From: Bacteroidia bacterium
GTDB taxonomy: Bacteria; Bacteroidota; Bacteroidia; AKYH767-A; OLB10
Direction: 5' to 3'
NCBI GenBank assembly: GCA_016788165.1
Contig: JAEUTH010000039.1
Span: 4,267 to 68,266 of the forward strand
DNA length: 64,000 nt
This document shows, piece after piece, positions 1 through 10,800 of this stretch. The notes under the pieces are model-generated. The model ran no database searches, was not told the origin of the DNA, and saw only the letters and a program-made list of their open reading frames with translations. Position numbers and translations under genes: made by a program. Every line of letters starts with the position of its first letter. Positions within the stretch are counted from its first letter, which is position 1.

Positions 1-612
1 GCCGCCAAATTAGTTGCAAACTTGCTTACCGCTGCCGGTGTAACCCGTGTAATGACTATGGATTTACACGCTCCGCAAATTCAGGGTTTTTTTGATGTGC
101 CAGTTGATCACCTGGACGCCACAGCCATTTTTGTACCATACATCAAACAATTAAATCTGCCTAATTTATTAATTGCCGCACCCGATATGGGCGGTGTGCA
201 TCGTGCCCGTTCGTATGCCAAATTTTTTAATGCCGAAATGGCTATTTGCGATAAACACCGCAAACGTGCCAATGAAATTGAAAGCATGCAGGTAATTGGC
301 GATGTAACCGGTAAGGATGTAATTTTAGTGGATGATATTATTGACACTGCCGGAACCATGACTAAAGCAGCCGAAATTTTGTTAGAGAGAGGAGCCACCA
401 GTGTACGGGCATTTTGTACGCATCCGGTTTTATCGGGCAAAGCCATCGAACGGATAGAACAATCGGTTATTAAAGAAATTGTTGTTACCGACTCAATAGC
501 AGCCAAACATACCTGTAGTAAAATTAAAGTACTTAACACAGGCGATTTGTTTGCACGCGCCATTAAAAAAGTATATAACTACGAAAGCATCAGTCCGTTA
601 TTCTTACCATAA
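1..612 (+). CDS. prs: ribose-phosphate pyrophosphokinase (PRPP synthase), C-terminal part; the 5' end lies upstream of the window
   Basis: The frame is open from nt 1 (AAKLVANLLTAAGVTRVMTMDLHAPQIQGFF). PRPP-binding loop ILVDDIIDTAGT. The conserved prs-L25-pth gene order follows. Confidence 0.9.
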   Translation, partial: AAKLVANLLTAAGVTRVMTMDLHAPQIQGFFDVPVDHLDATAIFVPYIKQLNLPNLLIAAPDMGGVHRARSYAKFFNAEMAICDKHRKRANEIESMQVIGDVTGKDVILVDDIIDTAGTMTKAAEILLERGATSVRAFCTHPVLSGKAIERIEQSVIKEIVVTDSIAAKHTCSKIKVLNTGDLFARAIKKVYNYESISPLFLP

Positions 613-665
613 ACAAATTCAAAAATAATTTTCCTTATTTATTCATATTAAACACTTAAAACAAA

Positions 666-1295
666 ATGAAATCTATTGCAATTTCAGGAACCCAGAGGGT
701 AAATTTAACCAGGCAAAATCTGCGCGAATTGAGAGCAACTGGCCAAGTACCATGCGTATTGTATGGTGGTGCCGAGCAGCTACACTTTTCAGCGCCCGTA
801 CAAGCCTTTAAGCACTTGGTATATACACCCGAAGTGCACACCGTTGACTTGGAAGTAAACGGCAAAACCACAAAGGCCATTTTACAGGAAATCCAGTTTC
901 ATCCCGTAACTGATGCCATCTTACACATGGACTTTCTTCAGATTTTTGACGACAAGGCCGTAACCATGAGCATTCCGGTAAAAGTTATGGGTACTTCCGA
1001 AGGTCAAAAACAAGGTGGTAAGCTTATACAAAAACTTAAAAAATTACGCGTAAAAGCATTACCTGCTAAATTACCCGATACCATTGACATTAATATCGAA
1101 GCCTTAAAAATTGGCGATTCGTTTAAAGTTGGTCAATTGGCATTAGATGGTTTAACCATTTTAGATGCAGCCAATAACGTTATTGTGGGTATTCGTATGA
1201 CGCGTAATGTAGTAAGTGCCGAAGCCGCTGCTAAAGCTGCCGCACCTGCTGCCAAAGCTGCACCGGCCGCTAAAGCTGCTCCGGCTAAAAAATAA
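666..1295 (+). CDS. rplY: 50S ribosomal protein L25 / general stress protein Ctc, with an Ala/Lys/Pro-rich C-terminal tail
   Basis: N-terminal L25 motif (RATGQVPCVLYGG), about 200 aa as in the Ctc form, located between prs and pth. Confidence 0.9.
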   Translation: MKSIAISGTQRVNLTRQNLRELRATGQVPCVLYGGAEQLHFSAPVQAFKHLVYTPEVHTVDLEVNGKTTKAILQEIQFHPVTDAILHMDFLQIFDDKAVTMSIPVKVMGTSEGQKQGGKLIQKLKKLRVKALPAKLPDTIDINIEALKIGDSFKVGQLALDGLTILDAANNVIVGIRMTRNVVSAEAAAKAAAPAAKAAPAAKAAPAKK

Positions 1296-1316
1296 TTAAA
1301 CTAAAAACCGCGTCTG

Positions 1317-1883
1317 ATGAAATTTTTAATTGCCGGCTTGGGTAACATCGGTGCCGAATACGACAATACCAGACATAACATAGGTTTTGAGGTATTAAAC
1401 ACCTTCGCACGAAGCGAAGGTGTTTTTTTTTCGACCCAACGTTTGGCCATGGTAACCGAAGTTAAATTTAAGGGACGTACCTTATTGCTGGTTAAGCCGA
1501 CCACTTATATGAATTTAAGCGGTAAAGCCATTAACTATTGGATGCAAGCCGAAAAAATTACCAAGCAAAATCTTTTAGTTATTACCGATGACATAGCCTT
1601 GCCTTTTGGTGCATTGCGTATGCGCGGCAGCGGTAGCGATGGCGGCCACAATGGCCTTAAGGACATTCAACAAACCTTAGCCACAACCGATTATGCCCGC
1701 CTAAGGTTTGGTGTGGGCAATAATTTTGCCCGTGGCCGCCAGGTGGAGTATGTATTGGGCGCATGGGATGCCGAGCAAGCCAATGAATTGCCCATTAAAA
1801 TTAACCGCGCTATTGATGCCATTAAAAGTTTTGTGGCTATTGGTATTTCCCAAACCATGACGCAATACAATAAAAACAGTTAG
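1317..1883 (+). CDS. pth: peptidyl-tRNA hydrolase
   Basis: GLGNIGAEYDNTRHNIGF N-terminal signature, 188 aa, 21 nt downstream of rplY. Confidence 0.93.
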   Translation: MKFLIAGLGNIGAEYDNTRHNIGFEVLNTFARSEGVFFSTQRLAMVTEVKFKGRTLLLVKPTTYMNLSGKAINYWMQAEKITKQNLLVITDDIALPFGALRMRGSGSDGGHNGLKDIQQTLATTDYARLRFGVGNNFARGRQVEYVLGAWDAEQANELPIKINRAIDAIKSFVAIGISQTMTQYNKNS

Positions 1884-1956
1884 TTGTAAAATTTGCCGTT
1901 GTAGTATGTACTTTAACTATTAACCTGCTATTAACAGCATTAACAATAACTACGCT

Positions 1957-1964
1957 TATGTTTG
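1957..1964 (+). promoter_or_regulatory. putative sigma-A -7 box (Bacteroidota consensus TAnnTTTG): TATGTTTG
   Basis: Exact match to TAnnTTTG, 28 nt upstream of ATG 1993. Confidence 0.45.
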
Positions 1965-1992
1965 TTTCGTCAATAGCTCTAAAAATAGTACT

Positions 1993-2745
1993 ATGAAAAA
2001 GATTTTATACGTCTGTCTGGCTTTTATAATTACCAATTATGCGCATGCGCAAAGTATCGTTTTACAGGAAAACTTTACCACTTACGATAGCACTACTGCC
2101 AGTATTCCGGCCGGTTGGATATTAAGCTATACCGGTAATGGTTCTTACTATACTTCAACCACCAGCTCGGGGCCAAGTGGTCCCAACTCCTATAAGTTTG
2201 GTGTTGATAGCGCTACGGTTACCACACCTGCATTTACAAATGCCGACAGTGTACATTTTTGGATGCGCGGCAATGGCACCGACAGCCTGAGCACACTTAC
2301 ACTCAACTACACAACCGATTTGATAAGCTGGAATTTACTAACCGTAATTTATCCGGTTAATAATGTTTCAGCTACCAAACATTATGCTTTGCCTGCCGGC
2401 ACCAAACAGTTGCAGTTTATGTACAGCAAATCGTTAGGTAATGTTGCTTTCGATGATTTTTCAGTTACAGCAAATGTTTCAGGTATATATAAAACCGAAA
2501 AGGTGCCTTATTCAATTTACCCTATGCCGGCCAAAAATGTGTTTTACACAGCATTTAACGAACCACAAAAAAACACAACGGTAACTTTATATAATGTACT
2601 GGGTCGCCCCATTAAAACGCAGGCCGATTGGATTAGTAACCAAAAGCTTAAAATTGTTGTTGACAATGCTGCATCTGGCAATTATTTTTTAAGGATTAAA
2701 TCCGATAAAGGGGTTTACACTTCGCGCATTGTTTTGCAAAATTAG
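1993..2745 (+). CDS. small secreted protein: signal peptide, MAM/choice-of-anchor-J-like domain, T9SS C-terminal sorting domain
   Basis: Signal peptide MKKILYVCLAFIITNYAHAQ. C-terminal ~78 aa (YSIYPMPAKN...GNYFLRIKSDKGVYTSRIVLQN) has the T9SS type A CTD pattern. The N-domain assignment is tentative. Confidence 0.75.
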   Translation: MKKILYVCLAFIITNYAHAQSIVLQENFTTYDSTTASIPAGWILSYTGNGSYYTSTTSSGPSGPNSYKFGVDSATVTTPAFTNADSVHFWMRGNGTDSLSTLTLNYTTDLISWNLLTVIYPVNNVSATKHYALPAGTKQLQFMYSKSLGNVAFDDFSVTANVSGIYKTEKVPYSIYPMPAKNVFYTAFNEPQKNTTVTLYNVLGRPIKTQADWISNQKLKIVVDNAASGNYFLRIKSDKGVYTSRIVLQN

Positions 2746-2768
2746 TTCGATAAGTTTTAAAAGTTAGT

Positions 2769-3599
2769 ATGAAAATACATGGGCACAGAGGTGCACGTGG
2801 TTTGTATCCCGAAAACACCATTCAGGGTTTTATCGAAGCCATAAACTTAGGGGTTGATGTACTTGAAATGGATGTGGTAATATCGGCCGATGCAGAGGTT
2901 GTGGTGTCGCACGAACCGTGGATGCATCACCAAATTTGCACACAACCAAACGGTAATGCAATTAGCGAAGCTGATTCAAAAAAACACAACCTGTTTCAAA
3001 TGCCTTACCACCAAATTAAACAGTACGATTGTGGTTTACTACCTCATCCACGTTTCCCAAAACAGCTTAAAACAGCAGCTTATAAACCAAGGTTAGCTGA
3101 TGTTATTGATGCCTGCACCAAGCACTGCAAACAATACAATCTTAAACCAATCGGTTATAATATCGAAACAAAATGCACACCGTCAGGCGATGCTGTTTAC
3201 CATCCCAAACCCGCACGTTTTGTACAACTGTTGGTTGATGTATTGGAACAAAAAAATGTTTTGCAACATAGCTACATTCAATCATTCGACATACGCACCT
3301 TGCAGTTTATAAAACAACAGCACATACCTGTATCATCGGTTTTTTTAGCCGATTATAAAGCCGATGTTGCTTCTTATATTCAAACATTGGGTTTTGCACC
3401 GGATGTTATTAGCCCTAGCTTTAATTTAGTTGATGCCGAAATGGTTACTTACTGCAAGCAAAACAATATGGCTGTAATACCCTGGACAGTGAATGAAAAA
3501 AACACCATGCTTCAAATGTTTAACTTGGGTGTTGATGCTATAATTACCGATTATCCGGATGTGGCTATTGCTTGCTTTAAAGCACATAGTTGCAAATAA
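2769..3599 (+). CDS. glycerophosphodiester phosphodiesterase family protein
   Basis: HRGARGLYPENTIQGF and EMDVVIS motifs typical of the GDPD family; C-terminal ITDYPD. Confidence 0.85.
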   Translation: MKIHGHRGARGLYPENTIQGFIEAINLGVDVLEMDVVISADAEVVVSHEPWMHHQICTQPNGNAISEADSKKHNLFQMPYHQIKQYDCGLLPHPRFPKQLKTAAYKPRLADVIDACTKHCKQYNLKPIGYNIETKCTPSGDAVYHPKPARFVQLLVDVLEQKNVLQHSYIQSFDIRTLQFIKQQHIPVSSVFLADYKADVASYIQTLGFAPDVISPSFNLVDAEMVTYCKQNNMAVIPWTVNEKNTMLQMFNLGVDAIITDYPDVAIACFKAHSCK

Positions 3600-3736
3600 A
3601 GCGACCTGATTTTTTAGATTTTTAAATGAGTTTAAAATTGTATGCCAATTAAAAAACTGTTATGTTTAATGTTACTTTTTTTAAAGCGCATAATAAGCCA
3701 TAACCTTGCATCCTCATTTTAAAAAACCAAAATAAC

Positions 3737-5341
3737 ATGCCATCAGTTTGTTTTTATTTTCAAGTACATCAACCCTTCCGCTTAAAGCGATACACCCACA
3801 CCGATATCGGCACCGACCATTTGTATGAAGATGATGTTTTGAATAAACAAGTACTCGACAAAGTAGCCGAGCGTTGTTATTTGCCCACTAATAAACTGAT
3901 GTTGGAGCTTATTAAAAAGCATAAGAAAAAATTCAGAATATCTTATTCGATTAGCGGTGTAGCTTTGGAACAATTTGAAAAGTGGCGCCCCGATGTTTTA
4001 AAATCATTTGTTGACTTAGCTAAAACCGGCTGTGTTGAATTTTTAAGCGAAACTTATAACCACTCTTTATCATATCTTTTTTCGAAAGATGAGTTTAAAC
4101 GTCAGGTCGAATTGCATGCAGCAAAAATTAAAAAACTGTTTGGACAAACGCCTGTAGTTTTCCGAAATACGGAATTAATTTATTTCAATGAGTTAGCCAA
4201 ATATGCCGAAGACATGGGCTATAAGGGAATTATATGCGAAGGTGTTGATTGGATTTTAAACAGCCGCACACCTAACTATTTATACAAAGCACCTAATGTT
4301 ACGGCTATAAAGTCATTACTTAAAAATTATAGATTAAGCGATGATGTTGCATTTAGGTTTAGCGATAAAAACTGGAGCGAACATCCGTTAACTGCCGAAA
4401 AATTTGCATCCTGGGTGCATAATATTGCAGGCAATGGCGAAGTGGTAAACCTGTTTATGGATTATGAAACCTTTGGCGAACACCAATGGGAAGAGAGCGG
4501 CATATTTGAATTTTTAAAACACCTGCCCGAAAAAATATTTCTTCACCCCGACTTCGATTTCTTAACCCCATCTGAAGTTATTGCAAAATATGAAACCCAT
4601 GGCGTATATGATGCGCATGCACCCAATTCCTGGGCCGATACCGAACGCGATTTAAGTGCCTGGTTAAGCAATAACATGCAGCAAGAAGCTATGGCCAAAG
4701 TTTATGCATTAGAAACGCAAGTAAAAGGCCTTAATAATGACGAGGTGTTGGCGCAATGGGCACGCCTGTTAACCAGCGACCATTTTTATTACATGTGTAC
4801 CAAGTATTGGAGCGATGGCGATGTGCATAAATATTTCTCGCCTTACGATTCGCCTTACGAAGCATATATGTATTACATAAATGCATTGGCCGATTTTGAG
4901 TTGCAACTCGATATTAAATCAGGTAAAGGCAAATCAAAAAAAACGGTTGCAGCTGTAACCGATAAATCAAAAGAAGTTGTAAAAACTCCGGTAGCAGAAA
5001 CTCAAAAAATAAAAGCAACAGAAACTAAAGTTGATTTGAAAGAAACCGCACCACAAAAACTTGCACCTGCTAAAGTTGTAACCACATCCAAAGCCGAAAG
5101 TAAAGTTGACAAAAAGGAAGTAACACCCCTGAAAACAGCACCGGCATCAGTTACACCGGCTGCGAAAACAGAAGTAAAGCCTGTGGTAACTAAAGTGGCC
5201 GAAACAGCTAAAAAGGAAACAAAAGCAATACCGGCAACCAATAAAAAACCTGAGGCGAAACCCGTTATTGCAAAAGTTGCTGCTAAGCCTGCACCCGCTA
5301 ACAACAAAAAAGTGGTGGTAAAAAAGGCGGCTAAAAAATAG
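3737..5341 (+). CDS. glycoside hydrolase family 57 (alpha-amylase/glucan-processing) protein fused to a 140-aa Lys/Ala/Pro/Thr/Val-rich C-terminal tail
   Basis: N-terminus MPSVCFYFQVHQPFRLKRY and FMDYETFGEH are GH57-like. The tail starts at aa 395 (nt 4919). Confidence 0.8.
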   Translation: MPSVCFYFQVHQPFRLKRYTHTDIGTDHLYEDDVLNKQVLDKVAERCYLPTNKLMLELIKKHKKKFRISYSISGVALEQFEKWRPDVLKSFVDLAKTGCVEFLSETYNHSLSYLFSKDEFKRQVELHAAKIKKLFGQTPVVFRNTELIYFNELAKYAEDMGYKGIICEGVDWILNSRTPNYLYKAPNVTAIKSLLKNYRLSDDVAFRFSDKNWSEHPLTAEKFASWVHNIAGNGEVVNLFMDYETFGEHQWEESGIFEFLKHLPEKIFLHPDFDFLTPSEVIAKYETHGVYDAHAPNSWADTERDLSAWLSNNMQQEAMAKVYALETQVKGLNNDEVLAQWARLLTSDHFYYMCTKYWSDGDVHKYFSPYDSPYEAYMYYINALADFELQLDIKSGKGKSKKTVAAVTDKSKEVVKTPVAETQKIKATETKVDLKETAPQKLAPAKVVTTSKAESKVDKKEVTPLKTAPASVTPAAKTEVKPVVTKVAETAKKETKAIPATNKKPEAKPVIAKVAAKPAPANNKKVVVKKAAKK

Positions 5342-5452
5342 ATGACGCAATCAGAAGTATAATAGCCTTCATACAATTTTGTGTGGAGGCTTTTTTGTTT
5401 TAAATAAGATGTGTTTAATTTGTTTACACTAATATTTTCAAACCATACTACC

Positions 5453-5905
5453 ATGCGTTTAGAAGAAGCCATTAATCAGAAAAAACCATTTAAAAGCAAC
5501 CAACATAAAATAGCTGTAAACTTAGTTTATACTTACCATTGGCTACACCAGCAGTTTGATAAGGTATATAAAGAAATAAATATTACCGGACAGCAATACA
5601 ATATACTACGCATTTTGCGTGGCCAATATCCTAACGCATGTACGGTAAACTTACTAATTGACCGTATGCTTGATAAAAGCAGCAATGCATCGCGTTTGGT
5701 AGATAAGCTGGTGGCTAAAACCTTAGTAAAGCGCACAGTTAATAAGAGCGACCGTAGAGCAGTTGATGTAGTGATAACTGAAAAAGGTTTGCAGTTTTTA
5801 GCCGAAACAGAGATTAAAATAGATGCACTTCAAAATAAAATTATATCATTAACCGAAAGCGAATCAGATACATTAAACCAACTTTTGGATAAGGTGCGTG
5901 GTTAG
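5453..5905 (+). CDS. MarR family transcriptional regulator
   Basis: Winged-HTH region LVDKLVAKTLVKRTVNKSDRRAVDVVITEKG. The ORF opens at GTG 5411, but the first ATG (5453, MRLEEAI) gives a typical MarR length. Confidence 0.8.
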   Translation: MRLEEAINQKKPFKSNQHKIAVNLVYTYHWLHQQFDKVYKEINITGQQYNILRILRGQYPNACTVNLLIDRMLDKSSNASRLVDKLVAKTLVKRTVNKSDRRAVDVVITEKGLQFLAETEIKIDALQNKIISLTESESDTLNQLLDKVRG

Positions 5906-5969
5906 TCGTTAGGATACAATTAACCTGATTTAATTTAATACGCTCCATAAACATTTTAGTTAGGCAGAT

Positions 5970-6009
5970 AAAAAAAGGCCGCTGTAAATAATTACAGCGG
6001 CCTTTTTTT
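5970..6009. terminator. bidirectional rho-independent terminator
   Basis: A7-GGCCGCTGTAA-ataa-TTACAGCGGCC-T7. A perfect 11-bp stem between convergent marR and the permease gene. Confidence 0.85.
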
Positions 6010-6070
6010 ATGTATGCTTAAGCTGCTTTAATTGCCTAAGCGCTTTTTTAATAGTAGTGAAACAGAAGCA

Positions 6071-7657
6071 CTACGATTTTTTTAACTTGCTGTGATGCCT
6101 TCCATACAACATGTAAACTACAATACCAATCAGCATCCAGGCAAAAGCTGCCTTTAATGTGCGATGATCTAAGGCAACTATCATAGCCGTACAAACTAAC
6201 ACGCCCATTACACTAACAAATGGTGCAGCAGGTGCCCTAAACGGACGTGGTATTTCCGGACTTTTTACTCTTAGTATATATACACCGGCACTAACCAATA
6301 CAAATGCAAACAAAGTACCGAATGAGGTTAAATCGCCTGCCACGCTTCCGGGAACAAAGGCTGCAAATATGCCCACCATAACAAATAAAATCCAGTTTGA
6401 TTTATAAGGTGTTTTAAATTTTGGATGCAATTCGCCAAATACCGATGGTATTAAACCATCTTTACTCATTGTATAAAACACACGGCTTTGTCCCATCAAC
6501 ATAACTAAAATTACACTGCTAAAGCCGGCCAAAATGGCTATGGTAACACTTTTAGCAAGCCAACCGTATCCGGGCATATAGGTTTGTATGGCATAAGCTA
6601 CACTGGCTTCCTTACCTGCCGTTTTAAATTCGTTGTAATTGGCAACACCTGTAAGTACATGACCAAATAAAATATACAGTATGGTACAAACCACTAACGA
6701 CCCTAATATACCTATTGGCATATCGCGCTTTGGGTTTTTGGCTTCTTGTGCTGCAGTACTTACTGCATCAAAACCAATAAATGCAAAAAACACAATGGCT
6801 GCACCACCTAAAACACCACCCCAACCCCATTTAAAAAATCCATCATGCCCTAAAGTGCCTTCGGGTATTAAGTATGGTGTATGATTAGCCGGGTTAATAA
6901 ATTGCCAGCCAATAGCTATAAATAATAGTACAATAGCCACTTTTACAAACACAATTATCATGTTTACAAATGCCGATTCTTGTGTGCCTTTAATTAGTAA
7001 CATGGTTAGTAACAATAAAATTGCCAAAGCAGGTGCATTAAAAATACCGGTGCTTACACTAACCAAGCTAAGCATATCGGCTGGTATTAAATGATATTGA
7101 TCATCCGTTATTATTAGTGTTCCATTTTTAATGTTTTTAGCAGCATCGGGTATAATGCTAACTATTGAATTTATGGCATCACCTGTTACTGTGTATAACG
7201 ATTCGAAGGGCGAGTGGCACCATTCGTAAGGTATTGCCCCCCCCAGCAAATTGTTTAAATATTCACTCCAGGCAATACTTACTGTTGCTGCTCCTAAAGC
7301 ATATTCCATAATCAAAGCCCAACCAATAATCCAGGCTACAATTTCGCCCATGGTAACATAACTGTAGGCATAGGCGCTACCTGCAATAGGCATCATACTT
7401 GCAAACTCGGCATAACACAAACCGGCAAATGCACAACCAATTGCAGCCACAATAAATGATAACGTAACGGCAGGCCCTGCAGCTTCGGCTGATGCAGCTG
7501 CTGTGCGCACAAATAAGCCTGCACCAATTATGGCACCAATACCTAATGCCACCAAATTGCCGGCACCTAAGGTACGTTTTAAACTGCCTTCGCCCTGGCT
7601 GGCAGCTTCTTGCAGCAATGCTGTAATTGATTTTTTCTTGAATAATGAATTCGACAT
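6071..7657 (-). CDS. APC-family amino acid permease (cationic amino acid transporter-like)
   Basis: About 12-14 predicted TM helices and an APC-type N-terminal region (GAGNLVALGIGAIIGAGLF). Start moved to ATG 7657 (MSNSLFKKK) because a -7 box overlaps the upstream TTG at 7705. Confidence 0.85.
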   Translation of the reverse strand: MSNSLFKKKSITALLQEAASQGEGSLKRTLGAGNLVALGIGAIIGAGLFVRTAAASAEAAGPAVTLSFIVAAIGCAFAGLCYAEFASMMPIAGSAYAYSYVTMGEIVAWIIGWALIMEYALGAATVSIAWSEYLNNLLGGAIPYEWCHSPFESLYTVTGDAINSIVSIIPDAAKNIKNGTLIITDDQYHLIPADMLSLVSVSTGIFNAPALAILLLLTMLLIKGTQESAFVNMIIVFVKVAIVLLFIAIGWQFINPANHTPYLIPEGTLGHDGFFKWGWGGVLGGAAIVFFAFIGFDAVSTAAQEAKNPKRDMPIGILGSLVVCTILYILFGHVLTGVANYNEFKTAGKEASVAYAIQTYMPGYGWLAKSVTIAILAGFSSVILVMLMGQSRVFYTMSKDGLIPSVFGELHPKFKTPYKSNWILFVMVGIFAAFVPGSVAGDLTSFGTLFAFVLVSAGVYILRVKSPEIPRPFRAPAAPFVSVMGVLVCTAMIVALDHRTLKAAFAWMLIGIVVYMLYGRHHSKLKKS

Positions 7658-7702
7658 TGTGGAAATAAATTTGTGTTGAGTTATGTGAGGGTTGACGGTT
7701 TT

Positions 7703-7710
7703 CAAACCTA
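7703..7710 (-). promoter_or_regulatory. putative -7 box TAGGTTTG (minus strand)
   Basis: The plus strand reads CAAACCTA. It lies 45 nt upstream of ATG 7657. Confidence 0.4.
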
Positions 7711-7839
7711 CAAGTTAAAATTGAAGTTGCAAATCAATTTAGTTGTATCTATAAAAATTGTCACCTAAATAAATAATTATTGTAATTACACTTGGGTGGA
7801 CAATTATTACTAATAATAAAAACTAAAAAATATTTTCTA

Positions 7840-10800
7840 TTACTTATTTTGTACAACAGCACCGGTAAGTTGGTCGAATTGTTTATTGGCTTTTTCGATG
7901 GTGGTTACATTAAAAAAAGTGATTGTTGATTTACCATCTATCTCTTTTAGTTTGCATTTAGTTGGATTGGCTTTTGCAAATTCGAGTATGGTTGTAAAAA
8001 TATCGGAGTTAAAAAATGCTGTTTCGCCTGTGGTTGTAAAATAGCCTTTTAGTAAATTGTTTTTTAATACAATTTTTTCAAGGCCTAATATTTTGGCTTT
8101 CCATCTAAGGCGTATGGTATTCATAAGTTCAATAGCCGGTTGGGGTACAGGGCCAAACCTATCACGTAACATTTGTTCAAACGCAAGCAATGCATCTTCA
8201 GCTTCTATATCATCTAACTCTTTATACAAGTTTAATCGCTCGGTAATATTACTGATGTAGGCCGATGGAAATAATATTTCAAGATCGGTATCAATTTGGC
8301 AGTCGCGTACATATATGGTGTTTACATCGGTTTTGTTTTCATCTTCAAACACATCTTTAAACTCGCCATGTTTTAGTTCAAAAATGGCTTCATCTAATAT
8401 TTTATGAAATGTTTCGAAACCAATTTCAGATATAAATCCGCTTTGCTCGCCACCTAATAAATTGCCGGCACCACGTATATCCAAGTCGCGCATGGCAATA
8501 TTAATACCACTGCCCAAATCGCTAAATTCTTCAATGGCTTTTAGTCGTTGGCGTGCTTCACCGGTAAGTACGGTTATGGGTGGTGTTAGCAAATAACAAA
8601 AAGCCTTTTTATTACTACGGCCAACACGTCCGCGCATTTGATGTAAATCGCTTAAACCAAAATTTTGAGCCTGATTAATTATAATGGTATTGGCATTGGA
8701 AATATCTAAACCGGCTTCTATTATCGTTGTCGAAATCAATACATCCACCTGGCCTTCGATAAACTGCAGCAATACGTTTTCTAATTGCTCGCCTTCCATT
8801 TGTCCGTGTCCTACAATTACACTGATGTCGGGGCATAGTTTGCGAATCATATCTGCCAAATCATGTATATCGCTAATGCGGTTATGCACAAAAAATACCT
8901 GACCACCACGCGACACTTCGTATGTAATTGCTTCGCGTATAATTTTATCGTTAAACACATGCAACTCAGTAGTAACCGGAAATCGGTTGGGCGGTGGTGT
9001 GTTGATAATACTTAAATCGCGTGCACCCATTAACGAAAACTGTAAGGTGCGTGGTATGGGTGTGGCAGTTAATGTTAGCGTATCCACATTAACTTTCATT
9101 GCCTTTAATTTTTCTTTTGATGCTACACCAAATTTTTGTTCTTCATCAATTATCATTAAACCTAAGTTTTGGAACACTACATCCTTACTTAATAACCTGT
9201 GTGTACCAATTAAAATATCAATTTTGCCGCTGCTTAATTTTTGTAAGGTTTCTTTTTGTTGGGCTGTAGTTTTAAACCGGTTTATGTAATCAATATTACA
9301 TGGAAACTCTTTCAATCGTTCTTTAAAGGTTCGATAATGTTGTGATGCTAAAATGGTAGTAGGTACTAAAACGGCAACTTGCTTACTGTCGCAAACGGCC
9401 TTAAAAGCAGCACGTATGGCAATTTCGGTTTTGCCAAAACCAACATCACCACAAATTAAGCGATCCATTGGCTGTGGCTTTTGCATATCCTGTTTTACAT
9501 CAACTGTTGCTTTAATCTGGTCGGGGGTGTCTTCGTAAATAAAGGAAGCTTCTAACTCGGTTTGCAAAAAGTTATCAGGCGAAAAACCAAAGCCTTTTTG
9601 TGCTTTACGTTTTGCATAAAGTGCAATCAGGTCTTTTGCAATATCTTTTACTTTCTTTTTTGTTTTTGATTTGAGATTGGCCCATGCCTGTGAGCCTAAT
9701 TTATTTAACGAAGGTTCGGTGCCATCCTTACCCGAATAGCGTGATATGCGGTGTAGGCTGTGGATACTGATGTAAAGCAAGTCGTTATCCTTATATAATA
9801 AACGAATGGCTTCTTGCATTTTACCGTTTACGATAACGGTTTCTAAACCACCAAAGCGACCCACACCGTGGTCAATATGTGTTATAAAATCACCGGGTTT
9901 AAGCGCATAAATTTCTTTAAGCGATATGGCCTGATCTTTTTCGAAGCTTTTCTTTAATCTGAACCGGTGATAGCGGTTAAAAATCTGATGATCGGTATAA
10001 CAAACAAATTTTAAATCATCGTCAACAAAGCCTTGGTGTAGTGCCAATAGCTGCGTGGTAAATTGCAGTGGCTTTGATTTTGCCTCAGCCGGTTTTTCAA
10101 TATCTTCCATTATGGCATACAGGCGTTCAATTTGTTTGGGGTTATCGGCCAGTATTACGTTTTCATATTTCTTGTTTTGATTGGCGTACAGGTTATCAAA
10201 CAACAGATTGAAATTTTTATTAAACGCAGGTTGTGGTTGCTGATTAAATGTAAAAGTTGTTGGGTTTGTATAATATGACTTGCCTCCAAATTCGATGTTG
10301 GTAAAATGTTGCCAATGTTGCTGCAAGGTGTTTTCGTTTTCAAAATCATCAGCTATTACCGGCTGCAACATACCTTCGGCAGGGTTGTTATTATTGCTGA
10401 TATATTCGTTTACGAGTGTAGTTACCTCATTAACAGATTGTAGTGTAAAGGATAAGTCTTTAAAAAAAAGCACAAAGTTTTTATTTATAAAATCAAACAA
10501 TGACTCTTTACTTTCTTTGAGCAACTTGGTTTTAACATTGGGTATAATGCTAACATAATCCATCGGTTGCACCGATAGCTGATTGGTCGGGTCAAAGGTT
10601 CGGATGCTTTCAATAACATCATCGCCAAACTCAATACGAAAAGGCAATTCGTATGCAAATGAAAACACATCCATAATACCACCGCGCACTGCATATTGTC
10701 CCGCTTCAACAACAAAGTCGGTTTGTTCGAATGCATTACTGTCTAAAAACTCTGATAAAAATTCTATGCTTAGTTTTTCATTTCGTTTTACATCGAAAGT

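Noticed and set aside
108-563. 151-aa minus-strand ORF inside prs, and similar antisense ORFs inside mfd, gyrB, typA, alaS, porU and the kinase (for example 50502-50987, 26214-26609, 23446-23874)
   Set aside because: All are nested in strongly supported housekeeping genes on the other strand. None has a recognisable motif, a promoter box or independent support.
4919-5338. Possible tandem DNA repeat, satellite or CRISPR-like periodicity in the K/A/P-rich region
   Set aside because: The repeats are imperfect at the DNA level, stay in frame with the GH57 ORF, and lack the repeat-spacer regularity of CRISPR. This is coding low complexity.
5002-5472. 156-aa and 67-aa minus-strand ORFs opposite the 3' end of the GH57 gene
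   Set aside because: They are mirror images of the Lys/Ala/Pro/Thr-rich coding repeat, with an antisense product rich in F, L, A, G and V. The GH57 frame is continuous with a recognisable catalytic domain, so they are treated as artefacts.
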